A stretch of 64,000 nucleotides of DNA from positions 1 through 64,000 of the forward strand of contig MU058387.1 in the NCBI GenBank assembly GCA_013265495.1, in the 5' to 3' direction. This DNA is from Vicugna vicugna (lineage: Eukaryota). How positions within the stretch are numbered: the stretch's first letter is position 1; every line of letters starts with the position of its first letter. Both the position numbers and the translations under genes were made by a program. The notes under the pieces are model-generated. The model was not told the DNA's origin and made no database searches. It worked only from the letters and a program-made list of their open reading frames with translations. Below, piece after piece: positions 25,901 through 38,900 of the stretch.

Positions 25901-28257
25901 GGGAATCCCTCTGGTGCAGTTTGTACCAGGCTCCATTTACTAAGACCTCAGTGAGGAAGGTTTGATACTTGGCTGGTGGAGGAACTGTTCCCAAATTGAG
26001 TTTCACTGGGTGGGAGGTAACTTAATGAAAATGACTCTTCGAAAGTCAGGGGCCCTGCCCGTCAGCTGTTGGAGAAAATGCTAACATCATCTAGTTATAG
26101 TTTTTCTACCTGGTGATTTGGCTGCCTGAGTGAGAGCTCTTACACATTCTGAATTCTCAACATAACCCTAGAATCCTACAAACCTAGGCCAGGAGCCAGG
26201 AGCCAGGGAGCCCACCTAAGTCCTTGGTTTGCTCTGCATATGCAAAAAAAGTCTTTTTGAGTAACAACACAAAACAGCTGGTGATCGCCTGTGACAATGG
26301 ATGTGTGTGTGCAGCCTTTTCACAGGCATGATGGCCATCACCACAACATTCGGTGTGCCACATTTTGTCGATGGCTTGTTCTGTATCCCTGGCACTGGGT
26401 GATCAATAAAATGACATATTTTGCAGCATCAATCTTACATTTTAATATAAAGGCAAACACAGTACTTTTCTTTTTATAAAACACTCTGAAAAGCCTCTTT
26501 GGTTTTTGTTTTTTGTTTTTTTTTGGTTGTGTTTGTATTTGTTTATTTATTTACTGCTTGCTTTGGGAGGAGAATAACAGTAAATTGTAAGACTCCACAG
26601 AACATTTTGCTATTATAATGGACACTGTTGGAAGCCCTCTAGCTATCCTTATCTAGCCTCTGGCTTTCTCTGTCTCATTCTTTATTTATAATTGTATCAC
26701 ACCCATGGCCAATGGATTTGAAGCCACTTAATCAACTGCTTATAGTGTGAAACGAAACAGCTTGGTGGGAACACTTACATGACTCTCAGGTCTTCTCGCT
26801 TCCAGGACTCTTTACATCGTCAAAGTACACTTTCTGGGCAAGGAGGGCCAGCCAGAGATTGGCAAGCACTGTCAGTATGTTCATTTATAGCTAAAGGTCT
26901 ATCATGAATTCACTCTAGACACCACTTCCTTCAAAAAGAACATGGACAGGCTAGGTGAGACTACACCTAAATGTCATCACACCTGGAATTCTATGATGTT
27001 AAACTGGGGTATCCAATTACAGACCTGATTCTTGAATTTGACTATATTAGACTATATATTTTCTGTTTCAAAGACATTCTGGACTATAATAGTTAACAAA
27101 GTTCATATCCCCCATCTTTAGATTCTCTGATATGGCCATCTGCAAAAGATGTCCATAAGCCCTAAACTTCTAAATCTCAACTATCAGAAGGAAGCAATGA
27201 GCTGTAAAAACTGCCCTTGTCTTCTGTTTCCCAGACCACATCACTGAATGAGATGATTCAACCTCTGAAATTTAAGAGTACTCTTCAACATTTGTTACTT
27301 AATCCTTCAAATGGAATCTCTGTAAGAAGAGTTTCATTCTAGAATGAACTCTGGTTTCATATAATAAAAAGTATTTTTCTTTAAATCTATGTGCTTTTCA
27401 CTATTGGTGAAATGCAGATAATGCAGTTTTTTCCCACATAATTTGTAGTTTTCAGGTGTATATATATGTGGGTGTGCATTTCACCTTCATATACGACTAG
27501 GGCAACGTCAAACCAGTTTAAAACTTTCAAGATTAACCATATTCAAACATATATTTCAAAAAATTTATTTTGAAGTTTATCCCTGAAAAATTTTAGTATA
27601 TAAACTCCTGTCATTAATCCCTATGCTTCTTGGTGTGAAAAAAAAATAGTATTATAAAGAAAATAATTGAGTAAATTGATTATTCAGTTAGTTGAGTGAA
27701 AGATGCATTCTAAATATTCAATAATTATGAAGCTCCTGTTGGTCCACTTCAGCATGTGGATTATTCAAAACCATTAAATATTACATTATGCTCTTCTAAG
27801 TCTCAGTAGGTAATATTTTGAATCTCTCCTCCAACTCAAAAACATACATTCTAGATAAACACCAACAAATAAAGTTTACGTGTATTGCTAAGTTTCTGGA
27901 TGAGTAAAATAATTCTCCCAAAAGAGAAAAAAAGTTGGCCATGTATGTTGTGATTTATTTTAGATGAAATCATCAACAGTTAATTAGTTCATTCATGCAT
28001 TCAAGACACATTCATACACAAGTAACTAGGTATATGATCACCTAGGCTTAGAATTCTAAAAACATCAGACTTCTCAATTTGACATCATCACTGAGGCTTA
28101 AAACTCAGCTATTATTGTACAAATGTATCCAGTTTGAGTTGGGAAACTGGTTACATCCAATGGCTACTAAATCTTCTAATTTTGTTCTTATTACATTACA
28201 GCCACCCCAAAAAAGTGGTATCTTTTGCATCAGATGATAACACTTTTTAAGAACAGA

Positions 28258-28385
28258 TGAGGATGGGGTGGAGGGAAGAGAGAGAGAGAAAGAGGAGAGC
28301 AATAAAAACAAGAGAAGAAAAGGAGAGAAGAAGGAAGGAGACATTGAGAGACGGAATGGGAGGGCAAAATGGAAGGCAAAGGGAA
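28258..28385. repeat. GA-rich low-complexity tract
   Basis: Read directly. Confidence 0.8.
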
Positions 28386-30269
28386 CTGTAAAACAATCTA
28401 CTCATCCTTGAAGCTACTTTTTTCGAGATTCGTGATTGATGAAACCTGTCTACAGCAATGAATTTACTTTCAACTAATGACTCAACTTTTGTTCCTTGTT
28501 TTCACTTTGCATTTTAGTTTGTACATTTTTCTTTAAAATACTATCATGTTAGAAAGTCCAAGGCTGAGGATCCTCTGGATCCTCTCAGACAGGATCCTTT
28601 TTTTTTTTTTTTAAAGCACATGATTTAAAAAATTCTTTACATCGTATTAAAGCAGGTTGAAACTTGAAACAGTCAGAGCACATATTGCTTTCAGGAAAGT
28701 AAGACTATTCCCATTGGTTTAAGTGATGGGCTTCTTCTAATAATTCACATCTAATTAATGATTTTATGTTGACAGGATGAAAATAAATTATGGCTTAATA
28801 TTAACTCCTGCTATAACCCTCTAACATCCAATACTGCATTGCTCTATTATCTAGGACTGTTCATCAATTTTATTTATCAAGAATATCAACCCTTTGCCCT
28901 TTCATTCCACTCAGAGAAAATCTTCCCCTTAATGACATCCCCATTCCTACTGTTTCTGTAAGAGAATGATATATTCCCTTTGGCTGTCTCTCCAGCCAGA
29001 ATGACTCAACTCCTCCACAGTCCTGTTTCCACACAGCTTCTTCTTCAGAGCCACTGATACGTTCATCTTGATCATCAATTTCAAGAAATATTGAATTCCA
29101 AGGTATTTATAATAACATCATACAACATCATACAGTTAAGGGAAAAAGTAGTTCAATAGCCTATTAAAATATAGCTTATGATGTTTGTTTTATAACATTT
29201 CAAAAATCACTTGCTCTATTTTCACATCTGGTAGGTTACATATTTTTTAGAGAATCTATGGTTTTTACATATGCTTGTAATAAGCATCTCCATATAAATG
29301 AATCACAGAAAATGTAATCAAACTATTATTCAACTCATCGATACATTTGACCACTTATATTCCATGCCATTCATGTATTGATGAATGTACATATATTCAT
29401 TAATTTATATATTCATTTACTTAAAAAACAGATCAATAACTCTTCTGTTCGAGGTACTCTTTTGAGCCAGGCACTAAAATATTATTATTTGGCTTTGCTC
29501 TTTAAAATATTTTGCTTTTTTAAATTCAATGTGTCCTGTTAAAGCAAAGAAAAATTTGTTTACAGAACCATTTTATTCTAAAAATTTTAAGGGACATTGG
29601 ATAGCCTAATGGGAAATAGTCTTCGGAATGTTTCAGAGTACTTTTTAATAGAAATTGCAAAGATGTTCAGATACCAGCGCATTTCTTAGCATTGACCATC
29701 AATCAAAGATCCAATGACAAATTTCCCTCAGCCTTAAAATCTCTAGAGAATGTCTCTCCTATGTTGAATTGATTTGCTTCTTTCTCTTTCTCTTTCTATA
29801 ATAGGCATGGCTCTGACTTGGGCTTCCCTGTAGCAGAACCCAGAAGCAAAGTGAGGGGAGGCGATTAAGAGAAAATCTGGATCTGGAATATCTCTGATGG
29901 TGCGAGGCACACGGTGGGGATTAGGAAGAAGTAAGGAAGATGCTTAGTTTAAGTTAGATATCCAAAATAGACAGATCTTTTCAGAGCACGTCCTTCTAGT
30001 CAAAAAGAAAAAGACTCTAAAAGACCTAATTCTTTACCATCTTAAAAATATTCACAGCATTCCACATTTACCAAAAACTGATGATCTTCAGCTATTCCAA
30101 TGTTAATTGCTGACTCTGGCATGGTTAACTTTCCATGCTATCCAGCATCATTGTAAAAAGAATTGGTGCAAACAGGAGACAATGAGACTTCTACACATTT
30201 CATTGTCTCTTCCTTGTCATGTTTATCTTCTAAAAGTTCACAGAGATCTATTTGAGTGTCAGGATTTAT

Positions 30270-33230
30270 TCAAGAAGCTAAATACTACACAAGTCCCAAA
30301 AAGGTAGAAAGAAGAAAATATTAAAAATCAGAACAGAAATAAATGAAATTATAACAGGATAATCAATAAAATTAAAAATTTGTTCTATAAAAGGATCCAC
30401 AAAGTTAATGAAACTTTAGACTGACCAAGCATAAAAAAAAAGGAGATCGCACAAATTAACAAAATCAAGAATGAATGAGGGCACATTACCACAGACTTTA
30501 GAGAAATATAAAAAGATTATAAGGAAATATTATGAACAATTATGTGCCGAAAAATGGGATACCCTAGATGAAACTGATTCCTTCTTAGAAAGACACAAAA
30601 TACCACAATTCATTCAAAAATAATTTTAAAATAAGAATTGACATATAACGACCATGAGGACTGAATCAGTATTCAATAAATTTCCTTCAAAGAAAAGCCC
30701 AGGCTCAAACAGCTTCTAAAGTAAATTACACCAACCATTTAAGGAAAAATTAACATCAATCCTTCACAAGCCATTTCAAACAGTAGAAGAGGAAGAAATA
30801 CTTCCCACTGCATTACATGGGGCCAATATTATTTTGATATCAAAGCAAAAGACAATACAAAACCAATAACTCTTAAGAATATAGGCATAAATTCCTCAAC
30901 AAAATACTAGCAAATTATAAAATATATATCCATCAAAATATAAAAAAGATCATACCATGACCAATTTGGATTTACCTCAGGAAGGAACGTTTGGTTCAGC
31001 ACAAAAAGGTCAATCAATGTAAGACATCATGTTTATATAACAAATGGCAAACCACATGATCAGCTTAATAAATGCAAAAAAAACTTATTTTACAATAATG
31101 ACTTTTTGTGATCAAAACACTAAAAAAATCTAAAAATATAAAGGAATATTTTCCCTGATAAAGGCAATCTGTAAAAAATGCAGAGCTTACATTGTAATGG
31201 TGAAAGATTGGCAGCTTTCCTCCCAAGCTCAGAAATAAGAGAGAGATGTCCATTCTCATCACTTTTCAAAATGGGACTGGAAGTTTTGGCCAGGAAAATT
31301 AGGCAAGAAACAGAAATAAAAGCCACCTATAATGGAACATAAGTAACATATAAAACAATTTTTCTTCACATATAGCATAATACTATATGAAAAAAAATCT
31401 TAAGGAATCAAAAAAAATTATTATAGCTACTGAACAGTTCAGCATGTTTGCATGACATAATGTTAGTATGAAAAATAAATTGTGTTTCTTTGCACTAGCC
31501 ATAATAATGTGAAAATAAATTTAAGAAAAAAAATCCATTTACAATAGAATCAAAAATGATAAAATTCTCAGAAGTAAACTTAACAAAATATGAACAAGTT
31601 TCATACATTGAAAAATATAAAACAACATTGGAAGAAACTAAAGGTGACCTTGTTAAACAGATGGGCATTCTGTGTTCATGAATTAGAAAATTTAATACTG
31701 TTAAGATGGCAATACTCTAAAAAAACTGATCTACAAATTCAACAATAATCCCTCAAAATCCATGCTGCCTTTCTTTTTTGTTTTGCAGAAATTGGCAAGT
31801 TGATCCTCAAATTTACATAGAAGTGCAAGGAATCCAGAACAGCCAACACACTCTTGAAGAAGAACAAAAAACCAAGTTGTAGGACTCACACTTTGCAACT
31901 TCAAAACTCACTACAAAGCTACAGTAGTCAAGACAAAATGATACTGTCATAAAAACAGAGATACAGACCAAAGGAATAGGATTGAGAATACAGAGATAAA
32001 GCTGCTCATTTTGGGCCAGTTGATTTTAGACAAGAATGTCTAAAGCATAATCTTAATAACAAATAATGTTGTACAACGGAATATTCACATGAGAAAGAAT
32101 AAAGTTGGACCCTTACCTCACGTGGCAGACAAAAATTAATTCAAAATTGCTCAAAAGCCTACATGTAAGGCTTGAAAGCATATAACTCTTAAGAGTAAAC
32201 GTAGGAGTAACCCTTCGTTATATTGAGTTAGGCAGTGGTTTACTTGATGTGACCAAAATCATAACAACAACAACAACAACAAAAAAAAAAACACAAAAGG
32301 CAATTTGGACTTCAGCAAAATTAAAGTTTTTGTGTTCCCAAGGCCACTATTAAAAAAGTGAAAAGAACTCACAGGATGGGAGAAAATGTTTGCAAATCAT
32401 CTATCAGAAAGGGGACTATTATCCAGAAAATATTAAAAAAAAAACCTCTTATAACTCAACAAGAAAAAGACAAATAAATGCTCCATTTTTAAAAAGGAGA
32501 CAAAGGTTTGAATACTCTTCTAAGAAGCGTATGTACAAATGTCAGCAAGCTCGTCAAGAGTTGCTCAACGCCATGAGTCATTAGAGAAATGCAAATCAAA
32601 ACCACAGTAAGATTCCACTTCACATCCACTTGGACGGCTAATTAAAAAGTGGGACACTGACAAGTGCTGCGTGGATGTAGAGATGTCAGAACCCTCATGT
32701 TTGCTGATGGAAACATAAAGTGATGCAGTCTCTTTGGAAAACTGTGTGGCAGTTCCTAACAATACCAAACATAGAGTTATCATATCACCCAGCAATTCTA
32801 CCCCAAGTCTCTACTCAAGAGACACGAAAACAAATCTCCATACAAAACGTTTATATAAATGTTCACGACATTATTCATAAAAGCCAAGGAGTGGAGACAC
32901 CCCAAACGTCCATCAACTAACGAACGGACAAGCAAAATGTGGTAGCTTCATACAGTGAAACATTATTCAGCAGAAGAGAGGAAAGAAGTACTAATACAAC
33001 TACAGCATGAATGAATCTCGAAAACAGCATGCTAAGAAAAAGAAGCCAATCATAAAAGAGCACATATTGTATGATTCTGTTTATGTAGAAAGTTCAAAAG
33101 TGGTTAATACACAGAGACATCTGGGGATGAGTGGTTATTGTCGCACAGCTCTGCTAATACACTAAAAACACTGAACTGTAACTTTAAAGGACTCACTTTT
33201 ATGTCTCAAGAAAGCTAGTATAAATAGAAA
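30270..33230 (+). mobile_element. L1 (L1MB/MC-like) ORF2 reverse-transcriptase region and 3' UTR, about 3 kb, inactive
   Basis: AAGAAAAGCCCAGGCTCAAAC, CTCAACAAAATACTAGCAAA, CCACATGATCAGCTTAATAAATGCA (decayed HMIISIDA), ATGCAAATCAAAACCACA; many stops and frameshifts. Confidence 0.9.
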
Positions 33231-35667
33231 AACAGATCCCCTTGACTATCATGCAAAATTAGACCTTATGAGAGCAAGATCCAATGTCAGATCTTTCATT
33301 TTTAGGAGGTTAATGACACAGGTCAGCAAGTGAAGGTGGTGATCTGGACAAAACCAACCCCAGTTCTTACTGTTCTGCAAGTACCACTATAGGTTTTCGG
33401 GAAAACAATACGAAAAGTAAGATTTCAACCTCCTAAAGCATTCTAGTCCACCAGGGCTGGTTATCTTTAATGAGATGGAAATTCCTACCACCACTGAGTT
33501 CGGGCTCATTTGAGATTAGGAAGCAAATTCTCAAAGTACGGGTGATCTTCACATCGCTGTCTATGAAAGTATGAGACGTAACAAACAAGTTGGTTTCTCT
33601 GTCATTGCTACTTTTGTAACAGTACCGTGATATTTTTAAAACATGAATTTATTCTTCTATTCCTAATTTCTGTCTCTTTCAAAGCAATTGCTTTCCTCAG
33701 TTTTATTAAGATTAGGTATTCTTGCATTACAGAACAATAGGCTATCCCCATACTATGAGAAGAACCCCAATTTGAATGTGTCTTCGAAAAGAAAAAAGGA
33801 AAAGTTTGCAAAGCCCCTACTTTCACCCTCTCGGGCATTACCTCCATCACACAGCCAATCTAAACCCCTCCCCTGTTTCCCACTATCCTGTGTATCTCTT
33901 GTCAGCCAGATCTGCAAATTACCCTCTAACCATTCGATTCACATCTTGTAGTGTTTAATGTCTGTCTTTTTTGTCTTTTCTGTGGATTAGTTCCTGCCAA
34001 ATGCTTTCTTTGAAGAGAGAACCAAATAAATTCTGGCCACTAAAAAAGGCAGACCTAATTCCATCTTCCAAATGCTCAAGTGATGAAATATCATTTTCCT
34101 CCTTTTGGGTCATAATTAAGGAAGGGAGTGGAAAGTCTTCTAGTTCACGTAAACAATCGCACTAACCACACAAGGAAAGACGCCTGAGTAAACGCATCGG
34201 GTCTGACACTCTTAGAGCGGTTCCAAAAGTTCTACACTTCCCAAAGTTCTAGCTGGGAGCACACTAAGTATTTGTGTAGTGGAGGCTGTTTTTTTTTTTT
34301 TCTTGACAACCCTTATATTCCTAGGGAAAAAAAAAATTTAAAAAGAACTTTGAAGTCTTCCTCGGCCCACTACCACCCTCAGCATACACTATTTTGATGA
34401 GCACAGTGTCAATGAATCATAAACAGATGGATTAAATTTCTAATAAAATACACACACATTTTAAAACTTAGATAGCAGTATTTAACTTCCTGCTATTTTG
34501 AACATTAAAATAAAAAAAAAAGTGGTTGCAAGTTACGTACTGATATTAAATTTCTTCCTGTCCTTTTTAGCAAGCATTTCAAAGAAGAAACCCGAAGTCA
34601 TTCTTCTGAATTTTGGTTGGAGAACTTTCACACAGCACTGTCTTTTTATTTTATTTTTTCTTCCTCCCAAAAAAGCTGCCAAAAGTCTCTGACTCTGGCA
34701 CAGTGGTGTTGACTTTGGTAGAGATGTTCAAAGTGAGCACTTCTAAGAAAACCTCATTAGTTACAGCAACTATGGTTACAAATAGTCACACTAACTAATT
34801 GGGGGGGGGAAGAAAAAGGGAAAATCCTGCAATTAGAATACCATGATTATAATCCAATAGGTTTCATGCTTGCTCCTGCTATGTACTTGTTGGACTGACT
34901 TTTCAAACCCAAGAACCATTAGGACAACCCCTTTATCCTTTTCTTTTTCTGTCACCCATGCAGAATTCTTCTCTCAGGTGATAATACTGAAGTGCGGATG
35001 TTCTGCTTTCTTTATCGGTGGGTGAGGGAAGGTGGGGGGGGGAGGAGCCAGTAGTGGGATCATGGAAACGCAAAAATGACAAAAGGAAAAGGGGGAGGAG
35101 GCGAAGGAGTGAGCACATGTAATAAGAGGGACAAATTAGTCACTGGAGGAGTCACAGTGAGAAAGGACAGCTGTATAACACTGAAGTGCACACGCATCAG
35201 GGTTTATTAGCTGCAAGGAAATGGGGCGTGAGAGAAAGCCAGGACTGTGCAAGACAGGAAGTCCTTCATTTATTATTTGGAGGGGTAGAATTTCAGTGTT
35301 CTCAACCTTCCCTTCCTCCTCCCCTGCCCCTCCTCCCACACAAGCAACATTACTTATGCCTGATTTGCATACTTCTCAAGACTCAGGGAGTACTTTTAAT
35401 GTTCTTTGTGGATAAAGTCAACAATGCTTTATGGAGAAAGAAAGAAGACATTCTTTTTTTTCTGAGATTCCTCATTATTCTCTTGATTCAATACCCTCAA
35501 CCCTAAAAATAGCTGATCAAGCATTACTGGTATTCTTAGTATGGGGGACGCCGTGGAAAATTAGCGTTTTGTGTGACGCTACCTTTATGAACAGCCTGAG
35601 ACAGCAGCTATCACTCTCGTGATTTAAGGAGCAATAAAAGTCCATTCTGCTCCAACATAGCCCCTCA

Positions 35668-35686
35668 CAATGCCACCTACTAGAAA
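35668..35686 (-). promoter_or_regulatory. Candidate CTCF motif
   Basis: Minus strand TTCTAGTAGGTGGCATTG versus core CCASYAGRKGGCRS; motif match only. Confidence 0.35.
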
Positions 35687-36726
35687 GTTCCATATTACTT
35701 TCTCTTCAACCTCCTTCTTCATTTTAAATAATGGACTTTTAACTTGAATGCTTGAATGGTTTCAGGACTTCAGAGCTTTTTACTTTGAAGAAAGCTAAAC
35801 TAGATTGTACAAGGAAAAAAGGATATGAGGGGGCGTGGAGGAAAATGGGGTTAGGTGACTGAAAGCAAATACTTCTGTTCACTTTAAAGAGGTTTTTGGT
35901 GGAGGAAGGAATCAATTAATTATCTGTTACTTATTCCATTTGATAGAAGTAGGATTATAGGTTGAAATGTTTAAAGAGGTCCAAGTGGGCTCAACAAGAT
36001 TTGTTCAATAATAAAGCAGGGGGTTTGTGATTGTGGTGAAATAAAACAGAGGCTTAATACCACCCGATACCAGCAATGTTGTTTGTGTCGGGCAGGAATA
36101 CGGCCTGTCCCCAGAGATCCCTTCCCAACACCTCTTTTATTCTCATCAATTACAACTTACATGAAGAAGCACCTTTCCAACAAGAACTCTGCCTTAATAT
36201 GAACTTTCCAAAGTTCTCTAGCTCTGGAAGAAAAGATTCTATTTAGATTTCATTTTAAAACCTTACTGTTTAAACCATCTGACCTGCGACTACACTGTCC
36301 TGCTGAAATACATAAGATGGCTTCCCTCACTGATTGAACCACCACCATCACTAGAAGCCATTCTGGGGGGGAAATGTCAATGGCTTCATGCATCATTTGG
36401 ATGAATGATGTATGATGTCTCCATCTAAGCAACTGGACCACTCTCTTTCTCAAAAGGAAAATCTCAATATTTGAGTCCAGCTAAACAAAAAATCCTCTCT
36501 CCAGTTGTCATTTTATATTTTATAGCAATTAAAATTCTGAAGTTGGATTAAGTAGAAAAAATTTATTCACAAAAATGCAAAGGGAAAATATTTTTAGGAG
36601 GAAGAGATCAAATTTAGCAGTCAATATTTTTTCTATATGAATTTGCTGGCTAGTATAACAAACTAACAAATTCTTTCATACCATAAATCACAAAGACATG
36701 GTAAGTAGCAATCAAGAGAAAAAGGA

Positions 36727-37840
36727 TTAAACTTACAAGCCTTTCCACAAACAAAGGAAACCATAAGCAAAACAAAAAGACAACCTATAGAATGGGAGAA
36801 AATATTTGCAAATGGTGTGACTGACAAGGGCTTAATTTCCAGCATATATAAATAGCTCATACAATTTAGTAAGAAAAAAAAAACCAAACAACCCAATCCA
36901 AAAATGGGCAGAAGACCTAAACAAGCAATTCTCCAGTGAAGACATACAAATGGCAAATAGGCACATGAAATGCTCAGTATTGCTAGTTATCAGTGAAATG
37001 CAAATCAAAACTGCAATGAGGTATCACCTCACACCAGTCAGAATGGCCATCATTAAAAAGTCCACAAATGATGAATGCTGGAGAGGATGTGGAGAAAAGA
37101 GAACCCTCCAGCCTATTGGTAGGAGTGTAGTTTGGTGCAGCCCTTATGAAAATAGTATGGAGATTCCTCAAAAAACTAGAAGTAGACTTACCTTATGACC
37201 CAGCAATGCCACTTCTGGTTATACATCTGGAGGGGACTCTAAGTCGAAAAGATATGTGCATCCCAGTGTTCACAGCAACACTATTTACAATAGTCAAGAC
37301 ACGGAGACAATCTAAATATCCATCAACAGATAGCTGGATAAAGAAGTTGTGATATATTTATACAATGAAGTACTACTCAGCCATAAAAAAGAATAAAATA
37401 TTGCCATTTGCAGCAACATGGATGAACCCGGAGATTACCATTCTAAGTGAAGTAAGCCAGAAAAGAGAAAGAAAAATACCATATGATATGACTTATATGA
37501 GTAATCTTAAAAAAAAAAAGAAAAGAAAAAAGAAGACACTAATGAATTTATCTATAAAACAGAAACAGACACATTGACATAGTAAATAATCTTATGATTA
37601 CTGGGGGAAAGGGAGAGGGAAGGGATAAATCGGGAGTTCCAGATTTGCAAATACTTAACTACTATATCAAATACATAAACAACAATTTCTTCTGTATAGC
37701 ACAGGGAACTGTATTCAGTATCATGTAGTAACCTGTAATAAATATGAAAATGAATATGTTTGTATGTGTATGACTGAAATATTATGCTGTACACCAGAAA
37801 TGGACACATTATAAACTGAATATACTTCAATAAAAAAAAA
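36727..37840 (+). mobile_element. 5'-truncated lineage-specific L1 (ORF2 C-terminus, 3' UTR and poly-A)
   Basis: ORFs 36950-37198 ([22 protein letters not shown]...CWRGC) and 37365-37577 are the ORF2p C-terminus; 13-bp TSD AAGAG(A/G)AAAAGGA at 36714-36726 and 37840-37852. Confidence 0.92.
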
Positions 37841-38709
37841 AGAGGAAAAGGACATATGGAAAGTGCAGCTGTAGGAATAATGCTTAAGAAATTCTGCTCC
37901 AGATTGAGAATTAATGAGTTGCAGGGTGAGGACAACAGGATTTAAGGAAGTGGAACACAGGCAATTTAAGACTGTTTGGGCGCAATTTGAGTCAGGAAGT
38001 GTCAGTTCACTGAACCCAGAAGGAATTCAATAGATGGTATTTTTTGGAGCACCAGTAGCATAATCGTCATGGAATTTTAGCAAAGGCAGGATGATTATAG
38101 GTATCATAAGGGAGATGGCTATCTCCAGAAGAAAGATAAAGAAAAATCAGAGGCAAACTGCTAATACCAAATTTTGGCTAAGGCTTAAAGGAAAAGAGAT
38201 GGCAAATTTTGGGGGGGGGGGGAAGAAAAAACACCTTCCTCTGTGGCAAAAGTGTACTTCAAGTTGATTTAACGAGTATGTTCCTGTCTCATTAACAGGA
38301 TTAGAATGCCCGCTACTGGAAAAATATGACAGATGTATATATTTGATTGTTTTTTCCTGCTAAGCAAATAAAGAATTGGGGATAAGAAACTGTAACAGGT
38401 ACCCTAAAACTTTCGTCGATCTTGAAATACCATGTGCAATTCCCATGAGGCTGAGATGTAAGCACATGGTAAGGCGGACCAAACTACAGTGTAAAGTATT
38501 TACCTAGCTACACAAAGCTTGTAAATACCAGCAAAAGGCAAGGTTTAGAGGATGAAGCTGTACAGGCACGTGAGGCCAACAGACAATTGCCTGCATTTTG
38601 ACAATGGCGGTGAGTCTGCTTCACTTGGTAGGATCCGCTGGAGAGAAGGGAAAGAACAGGAAAAGCTTCGGAACAAAGGGCCTGACGCAAGCTCCAGGTT
38701 TACCGCAGA

Positions 38710-38900
38710 CTAGGAGTGCGGCTCTGCTCAGAAACAGTTAACGTGTCTGATTTTCGTGAGCTACAGTTTGCGTAGGAAGGAAGGACCACATAAGAAGAAA
38801 ATGGCAGCGTGATTATCTGTCTCATAGAGTTATTATGAGAACCCAATGGTATGGCATATGTGAAAACATGTTCTAAATTATAAAGTGCTATGAAATCGTT
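38710..38900 (+). mobile_element. MIR SINE
   Basis: CTGTCTCATAGAGTTATTATGAGAA...TATGTGAAAACATGTT...TATAAAGTGCTAT. Confidence 0.6.

Noticed and set aside
36663..37935. ORFs of 62-127 aa as a gene
   Set aside because: Sense ORFs are frameshifted L1 ORF2p C-terminal pieces; antisense ORFs are typical L1 shadows
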